In this document: piece by piece, positions 49,890-60,275 of the stretch
How the letters are laid out: each line of letters begins with the position of its first letter
Position numbering within the stretch: the stretch's first letter is position 1
Source: an uncultured Bacteroidales bacterium
GTDB taxonomy: Bacteria > Bacteroidota > Bacteroidia > Bacteroidales > GCA-2748055
Length of the DNA stretch: 64,000 nt
Direction: 5' to 3'
Assembly (NCBI GenBank): GCA_963764345.1
Contig: CAVXSF010000009.1
Location: 451,116 to 515,115 of the forward strand
Notes under the pieces: model-generated
What the model saw: only the letters and a program-made list of their open reading frames with translations
What the model was told of the DNA's origin: nothing
Databases searched by the model: none
Made by a program: the position numbers and the translations under genes

Positions 49890-50772
49890 TTAATTTTTCG
49901 TGAATTCAGCAACCTTCCGGGCGACGTCCTCAAGCAACCAGCGGGGCGTTGAAGTTGCCCCGCAAATACCTGCAGATGTAGCATTTACAAACCAATCCTC
50001 CTTTACCTCTTCAGGATAGGAGACCAGGTGACTGCGTGCATTGACAGACCGGCATACATCAAAAAGTACTTTTCCGTTTGAACTTTTCTTACCCGCCACG
50101 AAAAGGATCACGTCATTCCCGGATGCAAATTTACGGATCCCAGGCTGACGATGGGATATGTGCCGGCAAATCGTATCGTTGATCTCCAGTGACGGATCCG
50201 GTTTACCGTCTTTCTCCACTCTCCGCCGCAATTCGTCCCTGAGATTCCTGAACCCGTCCGTATCCATGGTAGTCTGTGAATAGAGGGTCACATGCCTTTT
50301 CAGCCTGAGTTCATCCAGTTTTTCGGGGTCTGAGATAACCACCGCACTGTTCTCTGTCTGACCGGTCAGCCCTACTACTTCAGGATGATCCTTCTTCCCG
50401 TAAATAATGATCTGGCTGTTCCTCATCGTCCTTCCTGTATTGTTGTCTTATTTTTTGCTGAAGTCTCTGTACGATCGGACACGTCCCATCCACCAGTTCA
50501 ATATGGTTCTTCTCGGCGATCCGGTAAGTCTCCGGTGGTTCACCATGTGCCCGTATCAGAACTTTGACATCGTGCAGATGATTTAAATCTTCTTTTTCAA
50601 TAAAATGGATCCCTTTGGCGATGAGCCGCTTCACCTCACTCTCGTTATGAACGATCTGTCCCAGACAATAGAGTTGTTCTCCTGTATCCAGGATTTCTTC
50701 AGCCTTACTGATAACCCGGGTAACACCAAAACAAAATCCCGATTTCTCTTCAATCCGTATTTCCACGTCCAT
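49890..50772 (-). pseudogene. ispH: 4-hydroxy-3-methylbut-2-enyl diphosphate reductase, interrupted by a frameshift (or sequencing error)
   Basis: ORF 50380..50772 is the IspH N-terminal half (GFCFGV, GQIVHN, DGTCP.V). ORF 49890..50426 is the C-terminal half (IIIYGKKDHPEV.GL, YSQTT, DTIC, GKKSSN, CGATSTP). Together they make a normal ~290-aa IspH. Confidence 0.88.
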
Positions 50773-51463
50773 GAATTTTTAACAGGTTCCTGAACCACTC
50801 CATCTGTTCTTCTACATTCATATGACTGTTGTCGAGCACCAATGCATCGGCGGCTTTTTTCAGCGGACTTATCGACCGGTTTTCGTCGATATCATCCCTT
50901 TCACGGATATTTTGCTCAACCTTTTCCAGACTTGCCGGTACACCTTTTTCCTTCAGTTCCAGGTACCGTCGTTCTGCCCGTATATGAGGATCCGCCGTCA
51001 TGAAAATCTTTATATCAGCATCAGGAAAAACTACTGTACCGATATCACGTCCATCCATGACAACACCGTTTTCACCCTGGATAGACCTCTGCAATCCAAC
51101 CATTTTGGCTCTTACTTCACCTATCCTACTAACGGGACTTACCAAATCCGAAACCTTCATGCTACGGATCTCATCTTCAACGATCCGTCCGTTTAAACGA
51201 ACCAGGTATCGGCCCGGTGTATTGTCCTCGGTAAAATCAATAGCCACCTTGCCGAGAACACTCACCAGCCCGGTCTCATCAACTTTCCCATTCCGTATCA
51301 GACCCTGTTCAATGCAATATAACGTTACTGCCCTGTACATAGCACCGCTGTCAATATAAATATAGCCGAGCTCTTCGGCAATTCGTTTAGCAAAAGTGCT
51401 TTTGCCACATGAAGAATATCCGTCAACGGCAATGGTCAGTTTAGATATGCTCTGGTTTACCAT
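50750..51463 (-). CDS. cmk: (d)CMP kinase
   Basis: P-loop IAVDGYSSCGKST, then IDSGAMYRA and DGRDIGT. The start is taken at the ATG at 51463. The 3' end overlaps the ispH start by 23 nt. Confidence 0.9.
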   Translation of the reverse strand: MVNQSISKLTIAVDGYSSCGKSTFAKRIAEELGYIYIDSGAMYRAVTLYCIEQGLIRNGKVDETGLVSVLGKVAIDFTEDNTPGRYLVRLNGRIVEDEIRSMKVSDLVSPVSRIGEVRAKMVGLQRSIQGENGVVMDGRDIGTVVFPDADIKIFMTADPHIRAERRYLELKEKGVPASLEKVEQNIRERDDIDENRSISPLKKAADALVLDNSHMNVEEQMEWFRNLLKIHGRGNTD

Positions 51464-51660
51464 AAAGGAGACATTTTGAAAAACGATGCAGAACAATTTT
51501 GTTTATATCCTGCACCCTGCTTCGGTTAAAGGAGGTTATTGACTGCCGGACCGCCGGGAGCAAATAGGGTTAACGGCTTATACCGGCAAAATTACTAAAA
51601 TTATACTGTCCGTTGCAAGGATACGAATGATTGATCAGTAAGGGAAATAAATTTATAGGG

Positions 51661-52725
51661 TCACTCCTGCTTTTTATGGTAGAAATCGGAAAGGTTTGTA
51701 CTAAGTGAAAAATGATTTGAACCTCCGGCAAGGTGGTAGGTTGCCCTTCCGTAGCTGAAATGAAATTTCGAGATCTTGATGCCAAATCCCCAGGAGAAGC
51801 CTACCATTCCAACTCGTGGGGCAATTTTCATTTCCTGCCGCCGCTGGTAATTGTAGCCTAAGTCAACGTAAAAATTCTTACCGGGGATAAATTCCAGTCC
51901 GAAGATGGTATGTCGCATCATATTATCCCCAAATTTTTCCACTTTGCTTTTGGAGGATGTGTTTACCATCAACGGATCATAGGTCACAGAATTGTCGAGA
52001 GTGCTCTGATAAGCCATATTCCACATCTGCATCTGCTGGAACAGCACAGAAAACCGAAACGGAGCGTGTGCGAGTTTTTGAGAAAGCCCGGCCTGGATCT
52101 CGAAAGGTATATGCTCTCTTCCGGCATTCCCGTAATAGGTGGTAATCTGTGTCCCTATGTTGCGCAATACCAGTGCAGCCGTAAAAAGTTTTTCCGGATT
52201 ATACCAGGTAACGCCTATATCAGCGGCAATGCCTAATGAATGATAACTTTCCAACTCGCTGTAAATTGGTTTGACGTTGATGCCAACAGTCAGAAACGAG
52301 TCTATGGCCCTGGAATAAATGAGATTCAGGGAATATTCGGAGGCAGTGAAGGTCTGGCCGTTCCGTACGCCACTCTCATCAGCATAAGGGAAATCACCGT
52401 AATTGATATAGTGAATGCCGGCAGCAAAATTTCCCAATTTTTCATAACTGCGAGCATATGAAGCGTATCCGTATTTGATATCAGCGAAATACCCAACATA
52501 ATTCAGTACAAGCTGATTGCTCATCTCAGCGGATAACAGCGACGGATTGTGAAACGGCAGGTTAAGGTCAGGATCCGGAATGGCTACGGATTTACCACCC
52601 AGTGCAGCCACTCTGGCAGAATTGGTCTGATTAAGGAAAGCGTAGGTATAGGTACCTCCGATCTGAGAATACCCTGACATATACGCAGTGAGGATCAACA
52701 GCAGGGCCAGCGTTTTCCTTTTCAT
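51661..52725 (-). CDS. porQ: PorQ-like type IX secretion outer-membrane beta-barrel (PorP/SprF superfamily)
   Basis: Signal peptide, then YTYAFLNQTNSARVAALGGKSVAIPDPDLNLPFHNPSLL, the N-terminal signature I recall for PorQ. 354 aa with beta-barrel character. Confidence 0.6.
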   Translation of the reverse strand: MKRKTLALLLILTAYMSGYSQIGGTYTYAFLNQTNSARVAALGGKSVAIPDPDLNLPFHNPSLLSAEMSNQLVLNYVGYFADIKYGYASYARSYEKLGNFAAGIHYINYGDFPYADESGVRNGQTFTASEYSLNLIYSRAIDSFLTVGINVKPIYSELESYHSLGIAADIGVTWYNPEKLFTAALVLRNIGTQITTYYGNAGREHIPFEIQAGLSQKLAHAPFRFSVLFQQMQMWNMAYQSTLDNSVTYDPLMVNTSSKSKVEKFGDNMMRHTIFGLEFIPGKNFYVDLGYNYQRRQEMKIAPRVGMVGFSWGFGIKISKFHFSYGRATYHLAGGSNHFSLSTNLSDFYHKKQE

Positions 52726-52789
52726 GAAAGATAGGGTCGTTTAAAAGCTTAAACGTATAAAAAATCTTCTTAGTGTACAAAAGTACATT

Positions 52790-53854
52790 TCAACCCGTCA
52801 CAAGTCCGGTAAAAATTTCCCGGGACGACTCACACCAGAGTTTAAAATGATGAAGTGAATTATTATCCGGTTCGAAAAATGGCAGCGAATCATCCAGCGC
52901 GGTGAGCTTAAAGGCCAGACCGGATCTCCTGGCATCCTCAGCATTACAGAGTTGTTCAAAATGATTTCTCGAAGGAATGATCATCACCGGTTTTCCAAGG
53001 AGGGCCGATTCACAAACGGTCTCGAATCCTGCGGTGCAAATCACGGCCCGGCACCCTGCCATATCCCGGAGAAAGTCATCGCCACCCAGTCCCGACAGGG
53101 TAATATTCGGCAGGGCAATGTCAACCTGATCGTCGTCATCTGTATAAATATGAAATCCTGTCGAGGGGTGACCAGATGCCAATCTGACCAGATCCGCAAG
53201 GAAGCCCCCGTTCAGCAGGTAAACCAGAATGTAATCACCTTGTTCCGGAGTTAGCAGTCTTACCGCCTGTCGGATGAGCGGGGGTGCAACCCTGATGCGG
53301 TCTCCGGCTGCCGTTTCCACCGGAGAAAAAGAAAGGGCGATCTTCGTACCGGCACTCAGTGAAACCAGAAAAGTATGAAGACGCAGAAACAACCGCATCA
53401 GCCGGTGTCCTTGTGGCCAGGTATATTCCGGCCGTTCAAAAAAGAGATGGTGGGAAACAATCACCATCTTCTTATGGCTAAAAGATACCAGATGCGCCAG
53501 GCCACCGATCATGTCATAGAAGTTGACCACGGTCGAAGCCTGTGACCTGCGGATAGTCCCGGCAAGCCTGAAGATGGACAAGAGGTATACAGGCCCGTAT
53601 AAAAGATTATACAATATGGATATGGAAACCCGGATTCCCTTTTTATCGGTTGATCTGATAAAATTGGGACTTCGGAAAGTACTGAGCCTGTCACCGAAAA
53701 GCTCACTGTAAAACCCTGGAACTTTGCGCTGCGGGCTGACACCGAGGTAAACCGCCTCTATGCGGTGGCCCTTTTCCTCAAGCATTTCCGCCAGGGTCAC
53801 CGATTGAGTCATATGGCCTCTGCCTTCTCCCTGAACGATGAAGAGATATGTCAT
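52790..53854 (-). CDS. GT-B fold glycosyltransferase (MurG/GT28-like)
   Basis: The N-terminus IVQGEGRGHMTQS (glycine-rich G-loop) and the C-terminal half GFETVCE...GKPVMIIP are typical of GT1/GT28 enzymes. Confidence 0.7.
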   Translation of the reverse strand: MTYLFIVQGEGRGHMTQSVTLAEMLEEKGHRIEAVYLGVSPQRKVPGFYSELFGDRLSTFRSPNFIRSTDKKGIRVSISILYNLLYGPVYLLSIFRLAGTIRRSQASTVVNFYDMIGGLAHLVSFSHKKMVIVSHHLFFERPEYTWPQGHRLMRLFLRLHTFLVSLSAGTKIALSFSPVETAAGDRIRVAPPLIRQAVRLLTPEQGDYILVYLLNGGFLADLVRLASGHPSTGFHIYTDDDDQVDIALPNITLSGLGGDDFLRDMAGCRAVICTAGFETVCESALLGKPVMIIPSRNHFEQLCNAEDARRSGLAFKLTALDDSLPFFEPDNNSLHHFKLWCESSREIFTGLVTG

Positions 53855-53878
53855 ATCTTCTGGTTGACTGTGGCAACG

Positions 53879-54367
53879 TTATTTATAATGTTCTCCAAGA
53901 AGCTCAACAACCTCAAATGCTGCAGGGCAAATCTCGGTATTTTTAAGCGTCAGATCAAGAATCTGTATGAACCGGTTCCTGTCGGTATGCGGATATTCTC
54001 TGCAGGCTTTGGGACGATTTTCGTAGACCATGCAAAAATTGTCCTCCATGAGAAAAGGGCAGGGAGTATCCCTGAACACATAATCGCCATCCTCATCCAC
54101 CCGAAGATATTTCTCCGTAAATTCCGAGGGTCTCATCCTTAAGGCGGATGACACTCTCTGAATATCCCTGTCGTTCAGCACCGGGCTGATGGATTTACAG
54201 CAATTGGCACATTCCAGGCAATGCACTCTGGTGAAAACATCCTCATGTATTTCTCTGACCGTTTTATCCAGGTCAGCCGGTTTCTTTTTTTTCAACATCC
54301 GGAAAAGATCCCGGTTCTGCTTCCGTCGGCCGTCGGCTCTCTTTTTCAGGTCATTTTGCTCAGTCAT
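53879..54367 (-). CDS. YkgJ-family cysteine-cluster protein
   Basis: CLECANCC plus CPFL...FCMVY..RP.ACREYP. This is the second member of the family in the window. Confidence 0.7.
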   Translation of the reverse strand: MTEQNDLKKRADGRRKQNRDLFRMLKKKKPADLDKTVREIHEDVFTRVHCLECANCCKSISPVLNDRDIQRVSSALRMRPSEFTEKYLRVDEDGDYVFRDTPCPFLMEDNFCMVYENRPKACREYPHTDRNRFIQILDLTLKNTEICPAAFEVVELLGEHYK

Positions 54368-54379
54368 GCCTTTGGAGTA

Positions 54380-55303
54380 TTACGGAAACTGAATGGTTGG
54401 CGGGGTTTGTCCTTTACGGAGTTTGACTGACTTCACCTGCGACATAATAAGTCCGGCAAGGACGAGAACAATACCGATGATCTTCAGGGAAGGCATTTCC
54501 TCTTTCAGAAGAAAAAATGAAGCCACAGCAGCAAAAACGGGTATCAGGTTCGTGAAGATGTTCGCTTTTGAAGCCCCCAGCTCCCTGACTCCCCGGGTGA
54601 ACATGATGAAGGTGATGGAAGATCCGAATATGCCCAGGTATAAAAGGGAAAGCACGGCTTTCAGAGTTGGGAGGGTGACCCTGAATGTCCCCAGATCAAA
54701 AATCAGAAAGAAGGGTAAAAACATCAAAATGCCAAAAAAATTCTGCCAGGCAGTGATGGTAAAACCGTTGTACCTGCCGGTGAGCTTTTTTACCAGGATG
54801 GCATACCCCACAGCTGCAATAACGGCCACGAACATGAGCAGTACACCTTTCAGGGTAGCCCCGAAATGCATCTCACCGGAGAATACCACGGTGAGTACTC
54901 CGAGAAAAGAGACCATCAGGCCTGCTATATTGAAGGGACTCAGCCTTTCATGGTACACCAGGAATGCTGCAACAGGCACTATCAGAGGGATAGTGGCCAC
55001 AATGACAGCAGCCATGGTTGAAGAAACATACGTGAGTCCGTAGCTTTCTCCCATAAAATACATAAAAGGCTCAAAGGCAGAAAGCAAAAGGATATATGGA
55101 AGGTCGCGCCGATCAACTTTTTCCGGCTTTTTGAGGATCCGGGCAGAAATCACAATGAAAGGTACGGAAATGATAAGACGAAGGAATATGACGGTCACCG
55201 GCCGGAAGGATTCAAATGCGAATTTATAAAACACAAACGTCAACCCCCAGAATAACATGGTCAGGACAAGACTAAAATAAATAACCGTTTTCGATGTTTT
55301 CAT
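54380..55303 (-). CDS. DMT-superfamily (EamA-like) transporter
   Basis: 307 aa with ten predicted TM helices arranged as two EamA repeats. Confidence 0.85.
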   Translation of the reverse strand: MKTSKTVIYFSLVLTMLFWGLTFVFYKFAFESFRPVTVIFLRLIISVPFIVISARILKKPEKVDRRDLPYILLLSAFEPFMYFMGESYGLTYVSSTMAAVIVATIPLIVPVAAFLVYHERLSPFNIAGLMVSFLGVLTVVFSGEMHFGATLKGVLLMFVAVIAAVGYAILVKKLTGRYNGFTITAWQNFFGILMFLPFFLIFDLGTFRVTLPTLKAVLSLLYLGIFGSSITFIMFTRGVRELGASKANIFTNLIPVFAAVASFFLLKEEMPSLKIIGIVLVLAGLIMSQVKSVKLRKGQTPPTIQFP

Positions 55304-55597
55304 CCTTAATATCCTTAGGCGTTGATGATCCCGGTATGCGGAACAAGATATCTGAAAGCCGTATCCGGCTGTTCCGCCTGCACTTCTGAATTGCCCGGTT
55401 AACCCCGGTCAGCAAAGGTAATGAAATTGATCAACCGTCAATCAGCCGGCCTAAGGATTTCCTTTCGAAGATGAAATACCGGTTTCCCATTTTTTGATGA
55501 TGACCCGGGAAAATGAAAACCTCGCTTAAACCTTTCCGCTGATCCTTCGTCAAAGAATAAAAAATGAATGTCCATAACCTATTAAAATTATAAAAAT

Positions 55598-56443
55598 ATG
55601 AATACACGAAATTCTCTCATTACCCTGGCAGGCTTATTCCTTTTTGCATTGGTCTTTACTGCCTGTGACAAGACAACGGATAACACACCCGATCTGACCA
55701 CCGCAGAGGATGATGCACTGGCCAGCCTGATGTTTGACGATGTGTACAATGAAGTCGAGGATGCGATGTCATCTATGGAGAACTCGATTTATGGCGGACA
55801 GCTCAAATCCGCAGCCGAAATAACCTGCAAGACCATCACCGTTGAGCAGCCCGATGACTCGACCTTCTGGCCCAGGACAGTAACCATCGATTATGGTGAA
55901 GGGTGTACGGGACCTGACGGCAGGACCAGGAAAGGGAAGATCGTAGTGGTGGTCAATGGCCGATATGCCGACGAAGGCTATTCACGTTCCGTAACCTTCG
56001 ATAATTTTTATGTTGACAATTATAAGATCGAGGGAACCAGAACGGTAACCAACGAAGGCCGGAATGACAGCGGAAACATCACCTTTTCGGTGGTTCTCAC
56101 CGACGGGAAAGTGATTGCCCCCGACGGAACTGAGATGACACGTAGTTACGACCGCGTCAGGGAATGGGTGGCCGGGTCGGACACTCCACGCTACAGATGG
56201 GACGATGAGTATCTTATTACAGGTGAAGCAACCGGAGTGAATCATAAAGGTGTAGCCTATACCCGTACCATCATAGATCCTCTTCATGTAAGTCAGCAAT
56301 GCCGGTGGATCCTGTCAGGCAGCGTTAAGCTCGTTTCTGAAAGTCATCCCGACGTTCTGTTGGATTATGGTGATGGTACCTGCGACCGTATTGCCACGGT
56401 GACGGTGAATGATGTCACAAAGACCATCAGACTGCACAGATAA
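55598..56443 (+). CDS. lipoprotein of unknown function
   Basis: Lipobox FTAC; 281 aa, beta-rich, with conserved Cys pairs. No recognisable catalytic motif. Confidence 0.5.
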   Translation: MNTRNSLITLAGLFLFALVFTACDKTTDNTPDLTTAEDDALASLMFDDVYNEVEDAMSSMENSIYGGQLKSAAEITCKTITVEQPDDSTFWPRTVTIDYGEGCTGPDGRTRKGKIVVVVNGRYADEGYSRSVTFDNFYVDNYKIEGTRTVTNEGRNDSGNITFSVVLTDGKVIAPDGTEMTRSYDRVREWVAGSDTPRYRWDDEYLITGEATGVNHKGVAYTRTIIDPLHVSQQCRWILSGSVKLVSESHPDVLLDYGDGTCDRIATVTVNDVTKTIRLHR

Positions 56444-56597
56444 GATATTGCTTCAGGAAAAAGGGGGGAGGCTGTTTTAGAAGCTGCTGATCCGGGAGGC
56501 GGATTATAAAACAATCTCCCTCCGGTTTCTTTCCGAGAACTGCCCGGAAAACCGGGCAATGAAAGAAGCCTGAGGGAGATTGATACTTTATGCAGGA

Positions 56598-57827
56598 TTA
56601 AGCGGCTTTCAACCGTTTAATATTTGCTTTCTCAAGTTTTTCACGGGCATAACCCAAACCGATGGTGATTTCCTTCTCGTCTCTGGATGGCAATTCGTAC
56701 ATTGCATCGATCATGATCGCCTCACAGATGGAACGCAGTCCGCGGGCACCAAGCTTGAACTCAGTTGCTTTTTCTACGATGTAATCAAGAACTTTTTCGT
56801 CCCAGTCCAGCTTGATATTGTCCATCTCAAACAATTTTTCGTATTGCTTGATGATGGCATTTTTAGGTTCGGTTAAAATGCGCCGGAGAGTCTCCCTGTT
56901 AAGTGGGTCGAGGTAGGTAAGTATGGGCAACCGGCCGATGATTTCCGGGATAAGGCCGAATGCTTTCAGGTCCTGAGGGGCGATATACTGGAGAAGGTTC
57001 TCCCGGTCAATTTCCCATGAATCCTTGCTGGCTCTGTACCCAACGACCTGCGTATTCAGTCTTCCGGCGATCTTTTTTTCGATGCCGTCGAAAGCACCGC
57101 CGCAGATAAACAGGATATTTTTGGTATTTACGGGGATCATTTTCTGATCGGGGTGTTTTCGTCCACCCTGGGGAGGTACATTGACAATGCTGCCTTCCAG
57201 CAATTTAAGAAGACCCTGTTGCACACCCTCTCCCGAAACGTCCCGCGTAATGGAAGGATTATCGCCTTTCCGTGCAATCTTATCGATCTCGTCGATAAAG
57301 ACGATGCCTTTTTCAGCGGCTTCAATATTGTAATCGGCTACCTGGAGAAGTCGTGTGAGAATACTTTCGATATCTTCGCCCACATAACCTGCTTCCGTTA
57401 AGACGGTAGCATCGACAATGGTAAAGGGCACATGAAGAAGCTTGGCAATGGTCCGAGCAAGAAGGGTTTTACCGGTACCGGTCTCACCAACAAGGACAAT
57501 GTTTGACTTTTCGATCTCGACCTCGTCAGCATCCCTGACGTTCGACTGCATGAGCCTTTTATAATGATTATATACAGCAACCGAGATATACTTCTTGGCC
57601 TCTTCCTGGCCGATCACATACAAATCGAGAAATTGTTTGATTTCTGCCGGCTTCAGCAGTTGGATCTTGTTGACATCGAATTCGCCTTTTTTACCAATTT
57701 CTTCCTGGACAATACTGTAAGCCTGTTCAATGCATCGATCACATATATGACCGGAGATACCGGCAATTAAAAGATTGGTATCCTTTTTCTCTCTTCCACA
57801 AAATGAGCATCTGTCCATGTTAAGCAT
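56598..57827 (-). CDS. clpX: ATP-dependent Clp protease ATP-binding subunit ClpX
   Basis: N-terminal zinc finger (CSFCG...C..C), Walker A GETGTGKT, Walker B FIDEIDK and the GYVG pore loop. Confidence 0.96.
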   Translation of the reverse strand: MLNMDRCSFCGREKKDTNLLIAGISGHICDRCIEQAYSIVQEEIGKKGEFDVNKIQLLKPAEIKQFLDLYVIGQEEAKKYISVAVYNHYKRLMQSNVRDADEVEIEKSNIVLVGETGTGKTLLARTIAKLLHVPFTIVDATVLTEAGYVGEDIESILTRLLQVADYNIEAAEKGIVFIDEIDKIARKGDNPSITRDVSGEGVQQGLLKLLEGSIVNVPPQGGRKHPDQKMIPVNTKNILFICGGAFDGIEKKIAGRLNTQVVGYRASKDSWEIDRENLLQYIAPQDLKAFGLIPEIIGRLPILTYLDPLNRETLRRILTEPKNAIIKQYEKLFEMDNIKLDWDEKVLDYIVEKATEFKLGARGLRSICEAIMIDAMYELPSRDEKEITIGLGYAREKLEKANIKRLKAA

Positions 57828-58528
57828 TATTTTTTACCAGAGTTTCTGGTAAGGATTTCATCAATCATCCCGTATTTCTTGGCTTCATCTGCCGTCATCC
57901 AGAAATCACGGTCCGCATCTTTCTCGACTGTTGCCTGCGTCTTACCGGTATGCTTGGCGAGGATCTGATAGAGTTCATTCTTGGTTTTAAGAATTTCCCT
58001 GGCTGTGATCTCGATATCCGAAGCCTGGCCCTGGGCGCCGCCCATGGGCTGATGGATCATAACCCTTGAATGCGGCAGGGCTGATCTTTTTCCTTTAGTT
58101 CCGGCAGTAAGCAGAACAGCTCCCATCGAGGCCGCCATCCCTGTACATATGGTCGCTACGTCGGAGGTAATATACTGAATGGTATCGTAAATTCCCAGAC
58201 CGGCATGAACCATTCCCCCGGGGGTGTTGAAATAGATCTGGATATCTTTTGCAGGATCGGTAGATTCAAGATAAAGAAGCTGAGCCTGAATGATATTGGC
58301 CACATAATCATCGATAGGCGTGCCAAGAAAAATGATCCTGTCCATCATAAGCCTTGAGAACACGTCCATGGTAGCAATGTTAAGCTGACGCTCTTCAATG
58401 ATCGTGGGAGAAATATAATTGTTGTCATACACTGAGGTAAAACTGTCAAGGGTCATGGAACTGATACCTCTGTGCTTAATCGCGTATTTACGAAAGTCGT
58501 CGTTGTTCATAGTATTGAATTTTTTCAA
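57827..58528 (-). CDS. clpP: ATP-dependent Clp protease proteolytic subunit
   Basis: Catalytic Ser context GMAASMG and the His context IHQP. Its TAA stop overlaps the clpX ATG as TAATG. Confidence 0.95.
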   Translation of the reverse strand: MKKFNTMNNDDFRKYAIKHRGISSMTLDSFTSVYDNNYISPTIIEERQLNIATMDVFSRLMMDRIIFLGTPIDDYVANIIQAQLLYLESTDPAKDIQIYFNTPGGMVHAGLGIYDTIQYITSDVATICTGMAASMGAVLLTAGTKGKRSALPHSRVMIHQPMGGAQGQASDIEITAREILKTKNELYQILAKHTGKTQATVEKDADRDFWMTADEAKKYGMIDEILTRNSGKK

Positions 58529-58536
58529 TAAACAAA

Positions 58537-59893
58537 TTAATTTTCGAATAGTTTCCGGAAGTCTTCAACCGAAATATGCTTTTCATCAAGCTTAACGGTT
58601 TCCTTCACGAACTGAACCACTTTATCGTCATACTTCTGTTCACGCAGCCTGCGTGCTTCTTCAGGCTTGCTGATCTGTTCCCGTGCATATGATTCGATAT
58701 GTTCATCGGGAACATTGTAGAGGCCATATTGATAAAACTGGTTCCTGGCCAGGATTAACGAATATTCAAAGAGTTCTTCATCACTGACACTGATTTCATA
58801 TTTCTTTGTAATCTTGCTTTTGATCAGCTGCCAGCGGAATTCTTCTTCATAACTGCCAAATTCATCGTCTATCTTTTCTTTGGTCAGGCTTTCATTGGAT
58901 TCAGCCAACCATCTTTTTAGAAAATCTGCCGGCAGATCGGGTTTTACTTCTTTTACGAAATGCTCTCTGACATCCAGTCCAAATTTATAGTTGGACTCCC
59001 TTTCGTAATTTGCCTTCAGTTCCTCCGTCAGTTTATTCCTGAAATCCTCCTCCGATGTGACATTTCCTTCACCGTAAACATGATCGAACAATTCCTGGTT
59101 TACTTCATGTTTTTCAAATTTAAGAACTTCTGTGATAACAAATTCAAAATTCCCGGATAAAGTTTTGGCAGCTTCCCTGTCGATTTTAAGCAAAGAACTA
59201 AGTTCTGCCTCATTGGGATATGCTTTGCTTACCTCGAAAACCACCTTATCATCCTTCTTTTTCCCAATGAAAAGAGCTTTCTGATCCTCATCTTTCATCA
59301 TATCGAGCGACATGCTCACCTCCTCAGCCGTGATACCTTCCGCGGAATGTTCCCCGGATTCATCAAGTTGGTAAATATTTCCTTTCAGGAGCTGGTCGCC
59401 GGTAGTTTCATCAACAGGAACAAATTCGCCATGTCGTTTGGCCAGGTTGTCGACGGATTCATCCACCATCTTATCATCGATATCTATTATGTACCAGGGT
59501 AAACTTGACCTGGTCGTTAATTTCAACATCAAATTCAGGTGCCAGGCCAAGATCAAATTTAAATTCAAAGGTTACATCTTTCTCAAAGTCGATCCGGGAG
59601 TCATCTTCGCCTTCATGAGGCATGGGTTCACCCAGGATCTGAAGTTTTTCATCCTGGATATATTTCATCAGGTTTTCACCCACAAGCCGGTTTATTTCAT
59701 CTGCAAGAACCGGCTTATAATACAGTTTCCTGATCATACCCATGGGGACCTTACCGGGCCTGAAACCCGGAACATTGGCTTTTCTCCTGTAATCTTTAAG
59801 CACATTTTCGACACGCTGTATGTAATCCTCTTCTTCAACCTTCAGAGTCAGTACCGCATTGAGATTGTCTACCTGATCTTTTGAAATGTTCAT
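58537..59893 (-). pseudogene. tig: trigger factor, interrupted by a frameshift (or sequencing error)
   Basis: ORF 59474..59893 is the ribosome-binding N-domain (GFRPGKVP). ORF 58537..59568 carries the rest (DIDDKMVDESVDNLAKRHG...). The frames rejoin around KF(T/P)WYIIDIDD at 59494..59503. Confidence 0.85.
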
Positions 59894-59986
59894 TCTGCAA
59901 AACGTTTTTAAATAATGAATATAAGTTATAAAAACCGCCCTTACTTTAGGTGTATAACTCTAAGTATCAGCGGTTTTTTCATAATG

Positions 59987-60068
59987 TGCGGATGAAGGGA
60001 CTCGAACCCCCACTCCATACGGAACTAGATCCTAAGTCTAGCGCGTCTACCAATTCCGCCACACCCGC
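59987..60068 (-). tRNA. tRNA-Leu (anticodon TAG)
   Basis: The minus strand has acceptor GCGGGTG/CATCCGC, anticodon arm CTAGA-CTTAGGA-TCTAG, a long variable arm and T loop TTCGAGT; 82 nt. Confidence 0.88.
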
Positions 60069-60275
60069 AAAAATTTCCGCAAAGTTAGAATAATTTTAAT
60101 AAAATAGCCCATTTTTCATGATTAACCTGAAAGACGGCCAACTGACGGCCGCGTGAGAGTAGAACCGGCAAAACAAGCATAACCCGGAGAATCGGATGAA
60201 GTAGAGTAGCCTGAGTTGACAAAGTAGGACGGTAAGGCGGGGGAAAGCGGCGTTGAATAAGGAAAATGCTAATGC

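Noticed and set aside
54393-55043. 216-aa ORF on the plus strand
   Set aside because: It is antisense to the EamA/DMT transporter, and the transporter's hydrophobic periodicity explains the open frame.
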